A stretch of DNA of 64,000 nt from a virus (IMGVR_UViG_3300032214_000986:32001-96000), one strand, 5' to 3'; numbered from the stretch's first letter, positions 9,364 to 19,877 are shown. Notes: generated from the sequence alone by a model not told the origin. A program made the numbers and translations.

Positions 9364-11142
9364 TTAAACCCTTTTACCACTGAATAACCATAAATACTTT
9401 TGATAATCGCTTTTGGATACTGTATTTGGTTGATTACCATAACCATAATTTGGAGTAACAGGTAAACTTGGGTTAAAATTAGAATATGAATTTTGGTTTT
9501 CGTTTGATTGTACTGACCATGATTCTAACATGGCTTTTGTTTGTTCTGTTGCTTTTTCTAATTGTGCAAATGACGTTTCACCAACAAATATAGCCATAGC
9601 AAATGCCATTATTAAGTCATCGTGTTGACCTTTTTGGTGGTCAGGTCTACCATTGACATAAACAAAAGTGTTTAGTTCGTTAAATAACCTTTGGGACCTT
9701 AATGCAAAATCAAATCTTAATGCTTCCTCAAAGGCTTGAATAATTAAAACTCGTTTAGAATTGAAATTAATTCCCGGTATTTTATCTTGGGATTTTGGAT
9801 CCCATTTCCATTTATCCGCAGGATTAACCCCATCTATGTATAAATTTTTATATCCTAATTCTTGTAATTTTCTAGATGTTGACACACCCATACCCCCGGT
9901 AATATCGGTAACTATAAATGCATTATACATCGTGGCCCACTTATATGCGATTTCAGCCAAAACGTCAGGAGGGACTTTTCCGATATACTCTAAAACTTGT
10001 TCTCTACCATCAAAATCAATAATTGACATTGTACTGAAATCCTCACTATCTCCTCTTGAAACGTCAACACCCATAATATAACGGTGACCCTGCACAGGTT
10101 CTTTCCATTGCCAAACGGCGCCACCCATAAATTTATTCTCAGGTTCCCTTATGTGATTCTCTTTAATTTTTTTCATAGTTTCAGCGGGAATAACACTATC
10201 CCCCGAACCTAAAAAGTTACATTCAAGCTCTTGTGATATTTTTCTTTTATCAAACTTTAACTTTTTGGCCATTGCCTCAAACCAAGTACTATAAGGTTTA
10301 TATCCCTCATGTTCTACTTTCTTTTTAATGTCCTCAAAGTCCCTATCACTTACTTTGATATCTGAATAATCTATTGTAATTTCATCATCTTTATAATCCC
10401 CTCGATTTAACATGTAGTGAACGATATCGTTACATTTAATAAGTTTTAAATCTTTAGAGTAACGAGGGTCACGGAACCAATACATTTCAGTAATTTTAAA
10501 GTCATTCATTCCTTTAACCGCCTGACTATATATTGAATAGTAAATTGGGTCAAATCCATTTGGTGTTGAGATAACAATTACTTTACCTCCTGTAGATAGG
10601 GAGGCCATACATGCAGACCAAAAGTCCTCGTCGGCATTGATGTAAGCCGCCTCATCGAATATTAATATTGTTGGGGTATACCCACGTAAAGCATCTTTTG
10701 ATGTTGCTACTGCTTTAACTTCACACCCATTAGTTAACTTAAAGTGTCTTTGTGAGTTTTTTTCATTCGAGAAGGTAACCCCTAACCAAGAAGGCCATTG
10801 GTCAACAAAGGCACGGACCTTATTCCCCATTTCCATGGCGGTGTCCATTTTGTTAGCAATAATTAGGATTTTTTCTGGCTTTGATTTTTTGGCGAATACC
10901 AATCTTTTTGATGCCCAAGCGGATGTTACGGTAGATACACCAGCTTGTCTATACTTTAATGCGATATTTTCCTCACAAGTATCGTAATCCTTAACCAATG
11001 TAACTTGGTCATTAAATAACTCTAACGGTACGTATTGTGATTGTGTATTATCGTAAGTTTGTAAATATGTTTTTAACGCATACGGTGTGTCGTTTACGCA
11101 CTTAGCATATTCTAATAATATTTGTTCTTTTGATAGTGACAT
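9364..11142 (-). CDS. gp17: Terminase large subunit, T4 gp17-like
   Basis: KYRQAGVST (Walker A-like), LIFDEAA (Walker B), ISTPNG, QELECNF, nuclease motifs GVDVSRG and HDDLIMA. Confidence 0.95.
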   Translation of the reverse strand: MSLSKEQILLEYAKCVNDTPYALKTYLQTYDNTQSQYVPLELFNDQVTLVKDYDTCEENIALKYRQAGVSTVTSAWASKRLVFAKKSKPEKILIIANKMDTAMEMGNKVRAFVDQWPSWLGVTFSNEKNSQRHFKLTNGCEVKAVATSKDALRGYTPTILIFDEAAYINADEDFWSACMASLSTGGKVIVISTPNGFDPIYYSIYSQAVKGMNDFKITEMYWFRDPRYSKDLKLIKCNDIVHYMLNRGDYKDDEITIDYSDIKVSDRDFEDIKKKVEHEGYKPYSTWFEAMAKKLKFDKRKISQELECNFLGSGDSVIPAETMKKIKENHIREPENKFMGGAVWQWKEPVQGHRYIMGVDVSRGDSEDFSTMSIIDFDGREQVLEYIGKVPPDVLAEIAYKWATMYNAFIVTDITGGMGVSTSRKLQELGYKNLYIDGVNPADKWKWDPKSQDKIPGINFNSKRVLIIQAFEEALRFDFALRSQRLFNELNTFVYVNGRPDHQKGQHDDLIMAFAMAIFVGETSFAQLEKATEQTKAMLESWSVQSNENQNSYSNFNPSLPVTPNYGYGNQPNTVSKSDYQKYLWLFSGKRV

Positions 11143-11148
11143 TCATTA

Positions 11149-11697
11149 TTATTTTCTTCTTATTGTTTTAAGAAGTTCACCTTTAGTGGTATGAGGGGGT
11201 AAATGTTTTTCAATAATATTCAAAATACTTTCCTCAATATTTTTTACATCAACTTCATGTTCCTCATCCGTTTTTTCCTGTTCCATAGCATAAATCGGTA
11301 ACCCTTTGTGTTTTGTAGATGCAAAATCCTCGAGGTCTTTTTTTGACATATCTTTAGCCATGTCTTTAACTTTTTTAGATACTTTAGATTTTGGAGTATC
11401 ACCTTTTTTAACTGACAGAGCTAACCCCATTATTTTTTGTTGTTGTTTTGAGACGGATTTTTCATTAACATCTTCCTCTCCAAGTTCTTCCTCATATGTG
11501 ACAAAAGGTTTTTTTTCTGATTTAGCCTTCTCAATTGATGCCGTATCTGCTTTTGGTATGTTTAATGTACCTGTAGATTGCTCAGAAATTCTATTATAAA
11601 GTGCACTTAATTGTACATCATTTAATTTCTCAATAGTATTAATTGAAAATCCTTCATGAAGAAGTTTCGCTATTTTAGGATTCATGTGTTTCATCAA
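11149..11697 (-). CDS. DUF3008-like protein
   Basis: KSVSKQQQKIMGLALSVKKG...MAKDMSKKDLEDFASTKHKGLP. Confidence 0.7.
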   Translation of the reverse strand: MMKHMNPKIAKLLHEGFSINTIEKLNDVQLSALYNRISEQSTGTLNIPKADTASIEKAKSEKKPFVTYEEELGEEDVNEKSVSKQQQKIMGLALSVKKGDTPKSKVSKKVKDMAKDMSKKDLEDFASTKHKGLPIYAMEQEKTDEEHEVDVKNIEESILNIIEKHLPPHTTKGELLKTIRRK

Positions 11698-12094
11698 TTA
11701 CTAAATTTTTTTCCCATTTTAATACGATATCTCTCTCGTATAATTTATTTTCAATGTCCTCAACAGTTTCACCATATTGGAAGACAAGTCTTTTATGTTT
11801 TGATATAACTAAGTCATCGCTATCTGATTTTTCCCAAGCCAAACTTATTACACCATCAATAGCATCTACGACTCCGAAATAGTCAGATTCTTGTATTAAT
11901 TCTAATGATATATTAGAATTTTTTAAAACCCCTACTTTTTTTATGTAATGAATGTCAGGAGGTAATGGTTTACCAGATGCAGGTTCCGAACCCCAGTCCT
12001 CACCCCATACATCGTCCAAGTCAGAAAAGATGAATTCATAAATGTTATCACCTTTAAAGTTTGGTCCAAGTTCATTTACATAAACTAAAATCAT
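11675..12094 (-). CDS. Hypothetical protein
   Basis: 139-aa ORF overlapping both neighbours. Confidence 0.7.
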   Translation of the reverse strand: MILVYVNELGPNFKGDNIYEFIFSDLDDVWGEDWGSEPASGKPLPPDIHYIKKVGVLKNSNISLELIQESDYFGVVDAIDGVISLAWEKSDSDDLVISKHKRLVFQYGETVEDIENKLYERDIVLKWEKNLVIDETHES

Positions 12095-13368
12095 ATAATG
12101 TCACCTGTTGTGTTAACTTTTATATTTTTTCCGTTTAACGAAAAAACTAAATTTTGTTTATTAGTTTTACCAATGAATTTAGCATTCACATTCTCACTTA
12201 AAAATCTTTTTGCTGTATTCAGTTGTTTAACCGATTCACTCATTCTTTCAATTTCGTTTTTTACCTCGATACTAACTAATTTATTTTTAATAAAATTTTT
12301 CTTATTTTTTTCTTCGTGTAATTTTTTTTCTTCGTCAGTTACCACAAAATATTTAGATAAAACATCCTCAACAGATTCTTTAAAATTTTCTACAGGTGCA
12401 GGTTCTTCCATAGACGGTTCACCCATTTCAGGTTCTCCCATACCCATTTCAGGTTCTTCCATATCAAAATCACCCATATCGTCTTCACCTGACAAATCTA
12501 ATTCACCTTCACCTTCCATACCATACTCATCGGAATCTTCAAATTTTGATAGAATATCGTCTTTGTCATCCTCATCCAAATTATCTAAATCAATGGACGA
12601 TAGGATAGAATTAATAACGTATTTAATGTCTTGAGAATCCAATCCTTTATCTTTGTCAAATGCTCTTATTTTTTGACTTAATTTACCTGTTAATCTTTGG
12701 ATTGATTTTAAACCGGATGGTCCTTGTGGTTGTTCGTCATCCATTTCAGGTTCTTCCATACCCATTTCAGGTTCTTCCATACCCATTTCAGGTTCTTCCA
12801 TACCCATTTCAGGTTCTTCCATACCCATTTCAGGTCCACCTTCAGCAGATGGCATTCCCATATCTTCACCACCTTCTACAGGAGGCATTGCAGCATCACC
12901 TTCAGGTGCTGGTGCTTCGGGAGCCGGAGGTAACGCAGCTTCCGGTTCAGGTGCTGGTTCCTCTACAGGGGTTTTTGGTTTAGGTGTTTTTAAAATGAAT
13001 TTTTTTTTTACCTCTTGTTCACCAATAAGAGGGGTTTCGAATACATTACCTGTTACTCGATTAACTTCTGACGCAACTAAATTTAGTTTTTTCATTGCCT
13101 CAGAATATGATCTATAGTATTTTCTATTTTTCATCGGGTCAGAATAATCTAACTCAGATTCGTTAATACCTTTTTTAAGAATATAACCTGATTTTTCTTT
13201 AACTATACCATAAGTCATACCATCAGCCAATGTGATAGTATAATTAGTAGTTGAAGGTCCGTCAGTTTCGTTTTTAGATGTCTCATTATAACGAGCAATT
13301 TCCATAATTCTCTTTAACTTATCGATTCCTTGTAATTTTTCACTACCTAGTGGTTTGATATCTGCCAT
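12091..13368 (-). CDS. Acidic, repeat-containing putative head core protein
   Basis: 425 aa; Pro/Glu-rich linker with EPEMGME repeats. Confidence 0.65.
   Translation of the reverse strand: MADIKPLGSEKLQGIDKLKRIMEIARYNETSKNETDGPSTTNYTITLADGMTYGIVKEKSGYILKKGINESELDYSDPMKNRKYYRSYSEAMKKLNLVASEVNRVTGNVFETPLIGEQEVKKKFILKTPKPKTPVEEPAPEPEAALPPAPEAPAPEGDAAMPPVEGGEDMGMPSAEGGPEMGMEEPEMGMEEPEMGMEEPEMGMEEPEMDDEQPQGPSGLKSIQRLTGKLSQKIRAFDKDKGLDSQDIKYVINSILSSIDLDNLDEDDKDDILSKFEDSDEYGMEGEGELDLSGEDDMGDFDMEEPEMGMGEPEMGEPSMEEPAPVENFKESVEDVLSKYFVVTDEEKKLHEEKNKKNFIKNKLVSIEVKNEIERMSESVKQLNTAKRFLSENVNAKFIGKTNKQNLVFSLNGKNIKVNTTGDII
12741..12835. repeat. Perfect 21-bp tandem repeat, about 4.5 copies (encodes EPEMGME)
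   Basis: ccatttcaggttcttccatac repeated from 12741. Confidence 0.9.
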
Positions 13369-13382
13369 TTGTATTTTGTTTT

Positions 13383-13583
13383 TTAATTGTTTAGTCCATT
13401 AAATCCGCCCAAAGCAACCGAATTACATTGTAACGAAACTACGTCAGTTGCCTTAGAAACATTATCACTCCAAACTGGTTTTGGGGTTGTAAAAGTAACG
13501 ATGGTACCTGTGGTTGCTCCTGTACCAGGAACGTAACCCGTAACGACAGTCGTGTAATAAGATGTACATGCAGTTGTAGACAT
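13383..13583 (-). CDS. Small Thr-rich hypothetical protein
   Basis: 66 aa, preceded by a TATTTAT element at 13599-13605. Confidence 0.65.
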   Translation of the reverse strand: MSTTACTSYYTTVVTGYVPGTGATTGTIVTFTTPKPVWSDNVSKATDVVSLQCNSVALGGFNGLNN

Positions 13584-13629
13584 AATAATTTTTTCTATAT
13601 AAATATATTGTAACTTTAGAATTTACAAT

Positions 13630-14403
13630 TTATTCCGGTTTTTCTTGCTCTAATGATAATTTTTTATCTGCAAATTTATTTTTAAAGTCTTCTAATTTAG
13701 AAATATACCCATTTCTTCTTAGGTATTTGAACACTAAATTCTCATACGAAAACTCACCTTCTTTTTTAAGTCCGCAGGTTCTATACTTTCTTAATTTTTC
13801 TCTATACTTTTTTACTAAAGCAACCGCATCTTCTAAATTTTCATCCTGAGCGTTTTCAATTGCCCCATCAATAATATTCATCCATTGATTTGCCTTTTCT
13901 CTAATGATTTTTTCATCAACTTTAAAATTTTCCTTCTCAGGTATTTGTTCCCAATTATTATTCAATATTGAGTACATACCCGCACTAGCATTACTTTCGT
14001 TAATGTCCTCAACATACAGTTCAGTTTCATAACCTTTAATTCTGATGTCGTGAGCGGAATTAAATATTGTTTTCTTAAGTCTAAAAAGTTCTTTATACAA
14101 TTCTTCTTTATCTCCACCTTCTTTAAAATCCATTATTACATGAATATCAAAATCTGAAAATTCAGACCAATTATACCCAGCTAACGAACCGACAAGTAAA
14201 ATATCATGAACAAAAAAATCAACATCCAAATAATCTATGAATAACTCCGCAACCTTAAGTAACCTTTTTCTAATTTCCGGTTTTAATTTATAAAATTGAG
14301 CTTCGGTATCTCCCATGTATTTTTCATTTGGTAAGTACCACACATCGGGGTTTAATTCATCTTGAAGATAAAAACTACTAATAATTTTTTTATCGTTTGT
14401 CAT
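13630..14403 (-). CDS. DNA pol-beta superfamily nucleotidyltransferase
   Basis: LVGSLAGYNWSEFSDFDIH (GS...DxD signature), third acidic residue in ELYVED. Confidence 0.8.
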   Translation of the reverse strand: MTNDKKIISSFYLQDELNPDVWYLPNEKYMGDTEAQFYKLKPEIRKRLLKVAELFIDYLDVDFFVHDILLVGSLAGYNWSEFSDFDIHVIMDFKEGGDKEELYKELFRLKKTIFNSAHDIRIKGYETELYVEDINESNASAGMYSILNNNWEQIPEKENFKVDEKIIREKANQWMNIIDGAIENAQDENLEDAVALVKKYREKLRKYRTCGLKKEGEFSYENLVFKYLRRNGYISKLEDFKNKFADKKLSLEQEKPE

Positions 14404-14425
14404 AACTATAAATACCTAAAAGATA

Positions 14426-14674
14426 TTAATTATCCAATTTTTTGTATTTGTAGGCTTTAGAAATTTGTGTGTTAAAGAATTTTCCTTGTGATTCGGATAA
14501 CCTAAATTGAGCATAAATATTATGAGGAACCTCCTCATATTCATATCTCATACCATTTTTAAATTGAGTTATTAATTTTTTAGTTTCAGAATCATATTCT
14601 GTTAAAATCAAATTACTTGATTCAATCTCACAAATAATTTTTGTTCCGTCTATTGTTGTTCTTTTAATCGCCAT
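14426..14674 (-). CDS. KTSC domain protein
   Basis: SSNL...YD...L...FKNG..YEY..VP......F..SESQGKFFN. Confidence 0.9.
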   Translation of the reverse strand: MAIKRTTIDGTKIICEIESSNLILTEYDSETKKLITQFKNGMRYEYEEVPHNIYAQFRLSESQGKFFNTQISKAYKYKKLDN

Positions 14675-14969
14675 TTGGTTTTCTTAATGGAGTTATGTCA
14701 TCTATATGACTAAGTTTATCCATAATGTAATAATGGACTTCGTTTCCGTCAACATTAAACCCATAATCTTTAATTGTTTGAAAAATCTCACGCATTTTTG
14801 GTTGAAATTTGGAGTGCAACACTAATAAGTCTTGAGGAAAATAACTTGGACTTAATAAAACTTCCTCCGACCATTCCTCTCTTTGGAATATTTTTCTCAT
14901 GTCAAAATAATCTTGTTCTAAATCTTTTGTCAATTCCAAAGCGTCTACAAATTTTCTCCATGAATCCAT
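14664..14969 (-). CDS. Hypothetical protein
   Basis: 101 aa; TATTTAT-N4-ATG. Confidence 0.7.
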   Translation of the reverse strand: MDSWRKFVDALELTKDLEQDYFDMRKIFQREEWSEEVLLSPSYFPQDLLVLHSKFQPKMREIFQTIKDYGFNVDGNEVHYYIMDKLSHIDDITPLRKPNGD

Positions 14970-15042
14970 ATCAATAAATACTATAATTCGTCAAACAATT
15001 GATTATTTGGTTCAATATTACTAATTTTTAAAAAAACAACAT

Positions 15043-17085
15043 ATGAACGATACTTTAGACAATAACGAAAAATCAAAAAACAAAAATCAAGACGGGTCAT
15101 CAAGAACCCCCGTATTAGATAATTTTTCAAGGGATTTAATTAAACAAGCACAAGAAGGTAAACTTGATCCTGTTATTGGTCGCGATGACGAAATTAATAG
15201 AATTGCTCAAATCCTATCAAGACGTAAAAAAAATAATCCTATCATTTTAGGTGAACCTGGTTGTGGTAAAACGGCAATAGTTGAGGGTTTAGCTAAAAAA
15301 ATATTTGAGGGTGATTGTCCACAAAATTTATCAAGTAAACGAATAGTGTCTTTAGATATGACATCAATTGTTGCAGGAACAAAATACCGTGGTCAATTCG
15401 AGGAAAGAATGAAAGTTATTATTGAAGAACTTTATGCTAACCCTGATATTATTATCTTTATTGATGAAATTCACACAATGATTGGTGCTGGTAACGCTTC
15501 GGGCTCAATGGACGCATCCAACATATTTAAACCCGCTCTTTCTCGTGGTGAGTTACAATGTATTGGAGCGACAACATTAGAAGAATATAGAAAAAATATT
15601 GAGAAGGATGGGGCGTTAGAAAGACGTTTCCAAAAGGTAATGGTTGACCCAGCAACTAAAGAAGAAACTTTAGAAATTTTACAACAATCAAAAGACAGAT
15701 ATGAAAATCACCACAAAGTATCTTACAGTGATGATATCTTAAAACTATGTGTTGATTTAGCAGACCGTTACATCACTGACCGTGAATTTCCAGATAAAGC
15801 ATTCGATATCATCGATGAGGTTGGTGCTCGATCACAAGTGGAAATCAAACTTCCTGAAATTATTGAAGAATTAAAACTACAAGTTCAAAAAATAAAAGAA
15901 GAGAAGTTAGATGTTATTAATAAACAAAAGTACGAGGAGGCTGCAAATCTTAGAGATAAAGAACGAAAAATATTAGCCGACTTAGCAAGAGAAAAAGAGG
16001 ATTTTGAAAAAAACAGAGACCAAAACAAACGAGTGGTTACTGAAGATGTTGTATATGATGTTGTTTCATTAATGACTAAAATTCCAATCAATAAAATTAC
16101 AACTGACGAAACACAACAACTTATTTCTTTAAGAGAAACATTATCAAGTAAAGTAATTGGTCAAGATGATGCGGTAGCAAAGATTTCAAGAGCTATCCAA
16201 AGAAATAAAGTGGGATTAAGTGACCCTAAAAAACCAATCTTTAGTGGTTTATTAATTGGTAATTCAGGTGTTGGTAAAACTGAATTGGCTAAACAATTGG
16301 CTAAACATATGTTCGGTAGTGAAGATGCACTTATCAGATTAGATATGAGTGAATTTTCAGATAAGATTGCAACGTCAAAATTAACAGGCACATCTCCAGG
16401 TTATGTTGGGTATGAGGATGGGTCACCATTCTTAAATAAAATTAAAAACAAACCTTATTCTGTTATTCTTTTAGATGAAATAGAAAAAGCACATCCTGAA
16501 ATCTTTAACGTATTTTTACAAATGTTAGATGAAGGGTTTTTAACCGACGGACATGGAAGAAAAATCAACTTTAAAAATTGTATAATCTTAATGACATCTA
16601 ACGTTGGTACTCGTGTCGTACAGGAATTTGGTACAGGTGTCGGGTTTTCAACAAACACAAAAACTGAAAGAGCTGACGATGAGGTTAAATCAATTTTAGA
16701 AAAAGAATTATTTAAGAAGTTCGCACCTGAGTTTATTAATCGTTTTGATGACATCGTTTATTTTAAAGATTTAAATAAAGATGATTTATTGAAGATTGTT
16801 GAATTAGAATTAAATAAGTTTTATGAGAGAATCGGACAACTTGAATTTTTAGTACAGGTGGAAGATAGTCTAAAAAACCATTTGATTGAGGTTGGTACTG
16901 ATACAAGGTTTGGAGCACGTATACTAAAACGTACTGTACAAAAATGGGTAGATGATGCAATTACAGAAAAGATTTTAACGGATAATCCAGAAAAAGGATC
17001 AACATTTGTTTTAACGTATAATGAAAAGGATAAAAAAACTGACGTTAAAATAAAAAAACCAACAAAAAGAAAAACAAAACAGTAA
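15043..17085 (+). CDS. clpC: ClpC-like AAA+ Clp protease ATP-binding subunit lacking the N-terminal Clp repeats
   Basis: [25 protein letters not shown]-like M-domain [11 protein letters not shown], second Walker [21 protein letters not shown] ClpP-docking loop. Confidence 0.9.
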   Translation: MNDTLDNNEKSKNKNQDGSSRTPVLDNFSRDLIKQAQEGKLDPVIGRDDEINRIAQILSRRKKNNPIILGEPGCGKTAIVEGLAKKIFEGDCPQNLSSKRIVSLDMTSIVAGTKYRGQFEERMKVIIEELYANPDIIIFIDEIHTMIGAGNASGSMDASNIFKPALSRGELQCIGATTLEEYRKNIEKDGALERRFQKVMVDPATKEETLEILQQSKDRYENHHKVSYSDDILKLCVDLADRYITDREFPDKAFDIIDEVGARSQVEIKLPEIIEELKLQVQKIKEEKLDVINKQKYEEAANLRDKERKILADLAREKEDFEKNRDQNKRVVTEDVVYDVVSLMTKIPINKITTDETQQLISLRETLSSKVIGQDDAVAKISRAIQRNKVGLSDPKKPIFSGLLIGNSGVGKTELAKQLAKHMFGSEDALIRLDMSEFSDKIATSKLTGTSPGYVGYEDGSPFLNKIKNKPYSVILLDEIEKAHPEIFNVFLQMLDEGFLTDGHGRKINFKNCIILMTSNVGTRVVQEFGTGVGFSTNTKTERADDEVKSILEKELFKKFAPEFINRFDDIVYFKDLNKDDLLKIVELELNKFYERIGQLEFLVQVEDSLKNHLIEVGTDTRFGARILKRTVQKWVDDAITEKILTDNPEKGSTFVLTYNEKDKKTDVKIKKPTKRKTKQ

Positions 17086-17113
17086 AAAGTTTTTTAATTG
17101 TTAAAAAGTTTCT

Positions 17114-17121
17114 TACATTTG
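17114..17121 (+). promoter_or_regulatory. Bacteroidota primary-sigma -7 element
   Basis: TACATTTG matches TAnnTTTG, 14 nt upstream of ATG 17136. Confidence 0.6.
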
Positions 17122-17135
17122 TAGAAACATATATT

Positions 17136-18182
17136 ATGAATATAGATAAATTTAAAGAACTTCTTTCAGTACCGTCAAAAACATATCAAGAAGAAGATAT
17201 GGTTGGGTTCATTTGTGATGAATTAGAGTCCATTGAGGGGGTTACCTTTTATCGTGATGATATGATGAATATCTACGCAACTAAAGGTGTGTTAGAAGAA
17301 GGTGAATTTTATCCTATGTTCGTTGCTCATACCGATACCGTACACACAAAGATTGATAAAATCATTGTTAAAGAGGAAAAACTTAAACGACCAAATACGT
17401 TTGGTAAAACGTTTGACGATACATTAGTAGATGTATTGAAGGCATATGACGAAGAAGGTAATCCTACAGGTATCGGTGGTGATGATAAATGTGGAATTTT
17501 CATTTGTTTAGAATTACTTAAACAATTAGATAAAGTAAAAGTTGGTTTATTCGTATCTGAAGAAACCGGTTGCCACGGGTCTTCAAAATGTGACGTTTCA
17601 TTTTTAGAAGATGTTGGTTATATCACGCAATACGATGCTCCTGGTAATCACTTAATTACCGAGATTTGCTCGGGGGTTCGTTTGTTTGAACGTGATAGTG
17701 AATTCTTTGAAAAAAGTATTTCAGTTATTGAAAATGCTTTTGGAAATGAAATGTTGGTTCAATCTCACCCTTATACTGACGTTTCACAATTAAAGAAAAA
17801 GGTTGACGTTTCTTGTATTAACATGTCTTGTGGTTACTACAACATGCACACAAAAGAAGAATTTATTTCTATTGATGATGTAGAACGTGCTATCGAGGCT
17901 GGTAAAAATATGGTATTCATCTTGGGATTAAATAAATACCAATACGAATACAAACCTATCGTTTACACAAAAAACACAATTTTTAACACTCTTTTTGATG
18001 ATGAAGTCGAAGAAGACGAAGATGATGTGTTTTTTCACCAGTTGGAGACTCTTGACGTTGAGGAAAATAAAGACGGAATAACAATTATGGATCCGTTTGA
18101 CAATAATGTCATGTTTATAAATGACGACGATTTAGTTTACTTATATGAAATAATTAAAGAAAGATTACTTAAAAAATATTAA
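17136..18182 (+). CDS. Zinc metallopeptidase, M20/M28/M42-like
   Basis: AHTDTV, GGDDKCG, SEETG and YYNMHT metal-ligand motifs. Confidence 0.85.
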   Translation: MNIDKFKELLSVPSKTYQEEDMVGFICDELESIEGVTFYRDDMMNIYATKGVLEEGEFYPMFVAHTDTVHTKIDKIIVKEEKLKRPNTFGKTFDDTLVDVLKAYDEEGNPTGIGGDDKCGIFICLELLKQLDKVKVGLFVSEETGCHGSSKCDVSFLEDVGYITQYDAPGNHLITEICSGVRLFERDSEFFEKSISVIENAFGNEMLVQSHPYTDVSQLKKKVDVSCINMSCGYYNMHTKEEFISIDDVERAIEAGKNMVFILGLNKYQYEYKPIVYTKNTIFNTLFDDEVEEDEDDVFFHQLETLDVEENKDGITIMDPFDNNVMFINDDDLVYLYEIIKERLLKKY

Positions 18183-19315
18183 TTTTTTCTATAATCCATT
18201 GGGTTAAATAAACTTTCGTTGTAAACCATATTTAGGATATCGTCAGTATAAGACTCTCCGTATTTGGTAATATATGTTTTTCTGTTAGTAAGTGCGTATT
18301 TCACTTTTAGGGTTTCTTTATCAACACTTTTAACCATTAGTGTAACATCACTATTTGGTATTTTAACATACTGGTCAAATCCGATTGTTGAGTTAATTTT
18401 ATCAATTATCGAAAAATATTTTTTCATAGTCTCATCATTAGCATCCTCAAGTACTCTGTCTCTAAAGTTTTCTAAATCGTTATCGGCGTTGTGGATAAAC
18501 GAAGCATCAAACTCTTCATTATTCCAAATATTATATTGTATTTCATAATATTCAGGTAAGTGGGATATGGGTTCTTTTTCAATTGCCATAAATAATAAAT
18601 CAAGAAGATTGTCTTCTTCAGTACCAAAACGAGGATATAACATAATCGCATCTCCCCAATGTAATTTATATTTCCAAAAACAATACTTTTCAGAATACCT
18701 TTCAATACCAACAGGGGTTAAACAATTACAATAAGTATCCTCAATATATTTTCCAACTTCACCATCAACCGCAGCAACACTAGCATCTACCCAAGTACCC
18801 GTTAAATCATCAGATATTCTATTATCCACCTGTTCTAAAAATGAGCACACATTTTCAGGGTTATTTATTTTTAATTTTTTATCATTACCCACATCAAAAG
18901 ATTTTAAAAGACCTGGTTGAATAATTTTTGCAACATCGTAAATAATTTGTAAATGGTCTGAGTTTAAAGCTTCAACAATAATACCCTCTCTCCAGTCATC
19001 ATAAGATCTATCATCAAAATCCCAAGTCCAATTTCCACGGTACATAGAATCGTAATAACCCGCTTCATAATATCCATCAGTATTTTCTTCAGAATAATAA
19101 TCAGGAAAAAAGAATCTTAAATACTCCTCTAACCCATCAAAAGTAAACATTAAACCGTCTTGTTCTACAGTGATTATATTGCTAAAATCGTTACCTTCAG
19201 AATTATAAAACTCAACTTCACTAGGGCTTATTTTTCTTTTATTAAGTGCAAGAATTTTTTGAAAGTCGTTTAACTCTTCTTCTTCTTGTTCAAAAATCCT
19301 TAAAATTTTTTTCAT
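18179..19315 (-). CDS. Hypothetical acidic protein
   Basis: Start moved to ATG 19315 (MKKILRIFEQ) because the track's extension runs antisense into the tmRNA; TATTTAT 6 nt upstream. Confidence 0.7.
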   Translation of the reverse strand: MKKILRIFEQEEEELNDFQKILALNKRKISPSEVEFYNSEGNDFSNIITVEQDGLMFTFDGLEEYLRFFFPDYYSEENTDGYYEAGYYDSMYRGNWTWDFDDRSYDDWREGIIVEALNSDHLQIIYDVAKIIQPGLLKSFDVGNDKKLKINNPENVCSFLEQVDNRISDDLTGTWVDASVAAVDGEVGKYIEDTYCNCLTPVGIERYSEKYCFWKYKLHWGDAIMLYPRFGTEEDNLLDLLFMAIEKEPISHLPEYYEIQYNIWNNEEFDASFIHNADNDLENFRDRVLEDANDETMKKYFSIIDKINSTIGFDQYVKIPNSDVTLMVKSVDKETLKVKYALTNRKTYITKYGESYTDDILNMVYNESLFNPMDYRKN

Positions 19316-19381
19316 ATATTTATAAATATATTGTTTAATATAAAGTTTTATACTATCTTTACAATAGTTCTTTGAAAGTAT

Positions 19382-19779
19382 GGGGGTGTTTTTGGATTTG
19401 ACAGGTATTGGCTGAGGAATAAGGGCACGTGGGGACTGAACTAATCTCCTTAAAAACTGGTTTATTTTTTTAGACGGCAACGTTTTGAACAACCTTGAGA
19501 CTTTGGGACTTATCTCAACTCAAGAAGTTACTGTAGCTTAATTTAAGTACGGCAACGGGGGGTCGGTGGACACATAACCTAGCAACAGAAGTCTTTAAGG
19601 TGTGGTTTCTACCCAAAAAGAAACAAAAACGGGTGTGGTTCCCCGTAAGAACTACCACCGTCGCTGAGCGGTGTGAAAACTCAGATATTTCGGAAGGTAT
19701 GACAAACCTTGACCTAAACGTGTAGTCCTTATCTGACAGGATAGGCTGGACCGGGGTTCGAGTCCCCGCACCTCCACCA
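19382..19779 (+). ncRNA. ssrA: tmRNA (transfer-messenger RNA)
   Basis: 5' GGGGGTG pairs with 3' CACCTCC-A-CCA, giving the G3:U70 alanine identity pair; GGATTTGAC near the 5' end; T-arm GGGGTTCGAGTCCCC; 398 nt; probable tag frame 19476-19541. Confidence 0.95.
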
Positions 19780-19784
19780 ATTTT

Positions 19785-19809
19785 AAACCTCATCTTCGGA
19801 TGGGGTTTT
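19785..19809 (+). terminator. tmRNA terminator with C(UUCG)G loop
   Basis: aaacctcatc-ttcg-gatggggtttt followed by a T-rich tract. Confidence 0.85.
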
Positions 19810-19846
19810 ATTTTTTTAAAAAAAAACAAATATATTTTTAAAAACC

Positions 19847-19877
19847 TTTGGAAATCTAAATAAAAACAATATCTTTG
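19847..19877 (+). promoter_or_regulatory. Bacteroidota primary-sigma promoter (-33/-7)
   Basis: TTTG (19847-19850), 19-nt spacer, TATCTTTG (19870-19877); full match to TTTG-N19-21-TAnnTTTG. Confidence 0.75.

Noticed and set aside
12741-12835. Possible CRISPR array
   Set aside because: The repeats are contiguous with no spacers and are in-frame within a gene; no cas genes are seen.
15043-17085. ClpB disaggregase assignment
   Set aside because: The short UVR-like middle domain and VGF loop fit ClpC better.
19316-19492. N-terminal extension of ORF 18179..19492
   Set aside because: Overlaps the tmRNA 5' end; ATG 19315 has the late element and a leader.
19700-19779. Apparent tRNA 3' half (T-arm and CCA)
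   Set aside because: Its acceptor partner is about 390 nt upstream and there is no anticodon arm, so it is part of the tmRNA.
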